From: Lingula anatina
Taxonomy: Eukaryota; Animalia; Brachiopoda
Reading direction: 5' to 3'
NCBI GenBank assembly: GCA_051362555.1
Contig: CM120644.1
Location: 5,464,954 to 5,528,953 of the forward strand
DNA length: 64,000 bases
Below the pieces are notes generated by a model. It saw nothing but the letters and a program-made list of their open reading frames with translations, ran no database searches and was not told the DNA's origin. The position numbers and the translations under genes are program-made. Positions 63,717 through 64,000 of this stretch are shown piece after piece. Every line of letters begins with the position of its first letter. Position 1 is the first letter of the stretch.

Positions 63717-64000
63717 CTGTATAGTACGTATAATGCAACTAAAGCCCCTTTCAGAATAGGGGAGTACTTAGTCCGAGGGTCAAATTTGGCCGACCTATTT
63801 CAAAACTTCCCCACGGGATATATATTCAGTGCCTGCTAGCGGATTAGATGACAAGCTTTGTAGTGGGTCACCATCGGACTATGAAAAGGGCCTAAAACAA
63901 ATGTGTTATTTTTTCTTAAATGCAACACGGTAGAAGTCACCAGCAAAGATTAAAAAACGGGTTACTAAAATACACAGAAAGTTAATTAGGTAAGTGGCTT

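Overview
AT-rich, intron-containing animal (invertebrate, plausibly molluscan) genomic DNA; not prokaryotic, with no CRISPR array, rRNA or tRNA gene seen. The two ends carry inverted, convergent paralogues of a divergent class C (GABA-B-receptor-like) GPCR: 3' exons at 1-1002 (+) and five exons at 61537-63716 (-). Between them lie three paralogues of a small secreted EGF-domain gene, each with the same CCAAT/TATA/Inr promoter and short non-coding first exon. Copy A (+, about 42.2-48.4 kb) looks intact: signal peptide, then [EGF + atypical EGF] twice. Copy B (-, 31.1-34.3 kb) has one EGF with a Cys-to-Tyr change. Copy C (-, 4.8-15.2 kb) has no signal-peptide exon that I could find. The window also holds a sarcoplasmic-calcium-binding-protein-like EF-hand pseudogene, a full-length Gmr1-type Ty3/Gypsy LTR retrotransposon (integrase before RT, tRNA-Pro PBS, ATAC TSD), a Harbinger deletion derivative, a Tc1 foldback with a nested TTAA (Sola3-like) element, RTE and L2 LINE remnants, several MITE families with readable TSDs, and a locally amplified ~0.8-1.2 kb repeat that resembles a fossil exon. 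All calls come from reading and translating by eye; no database search was run.
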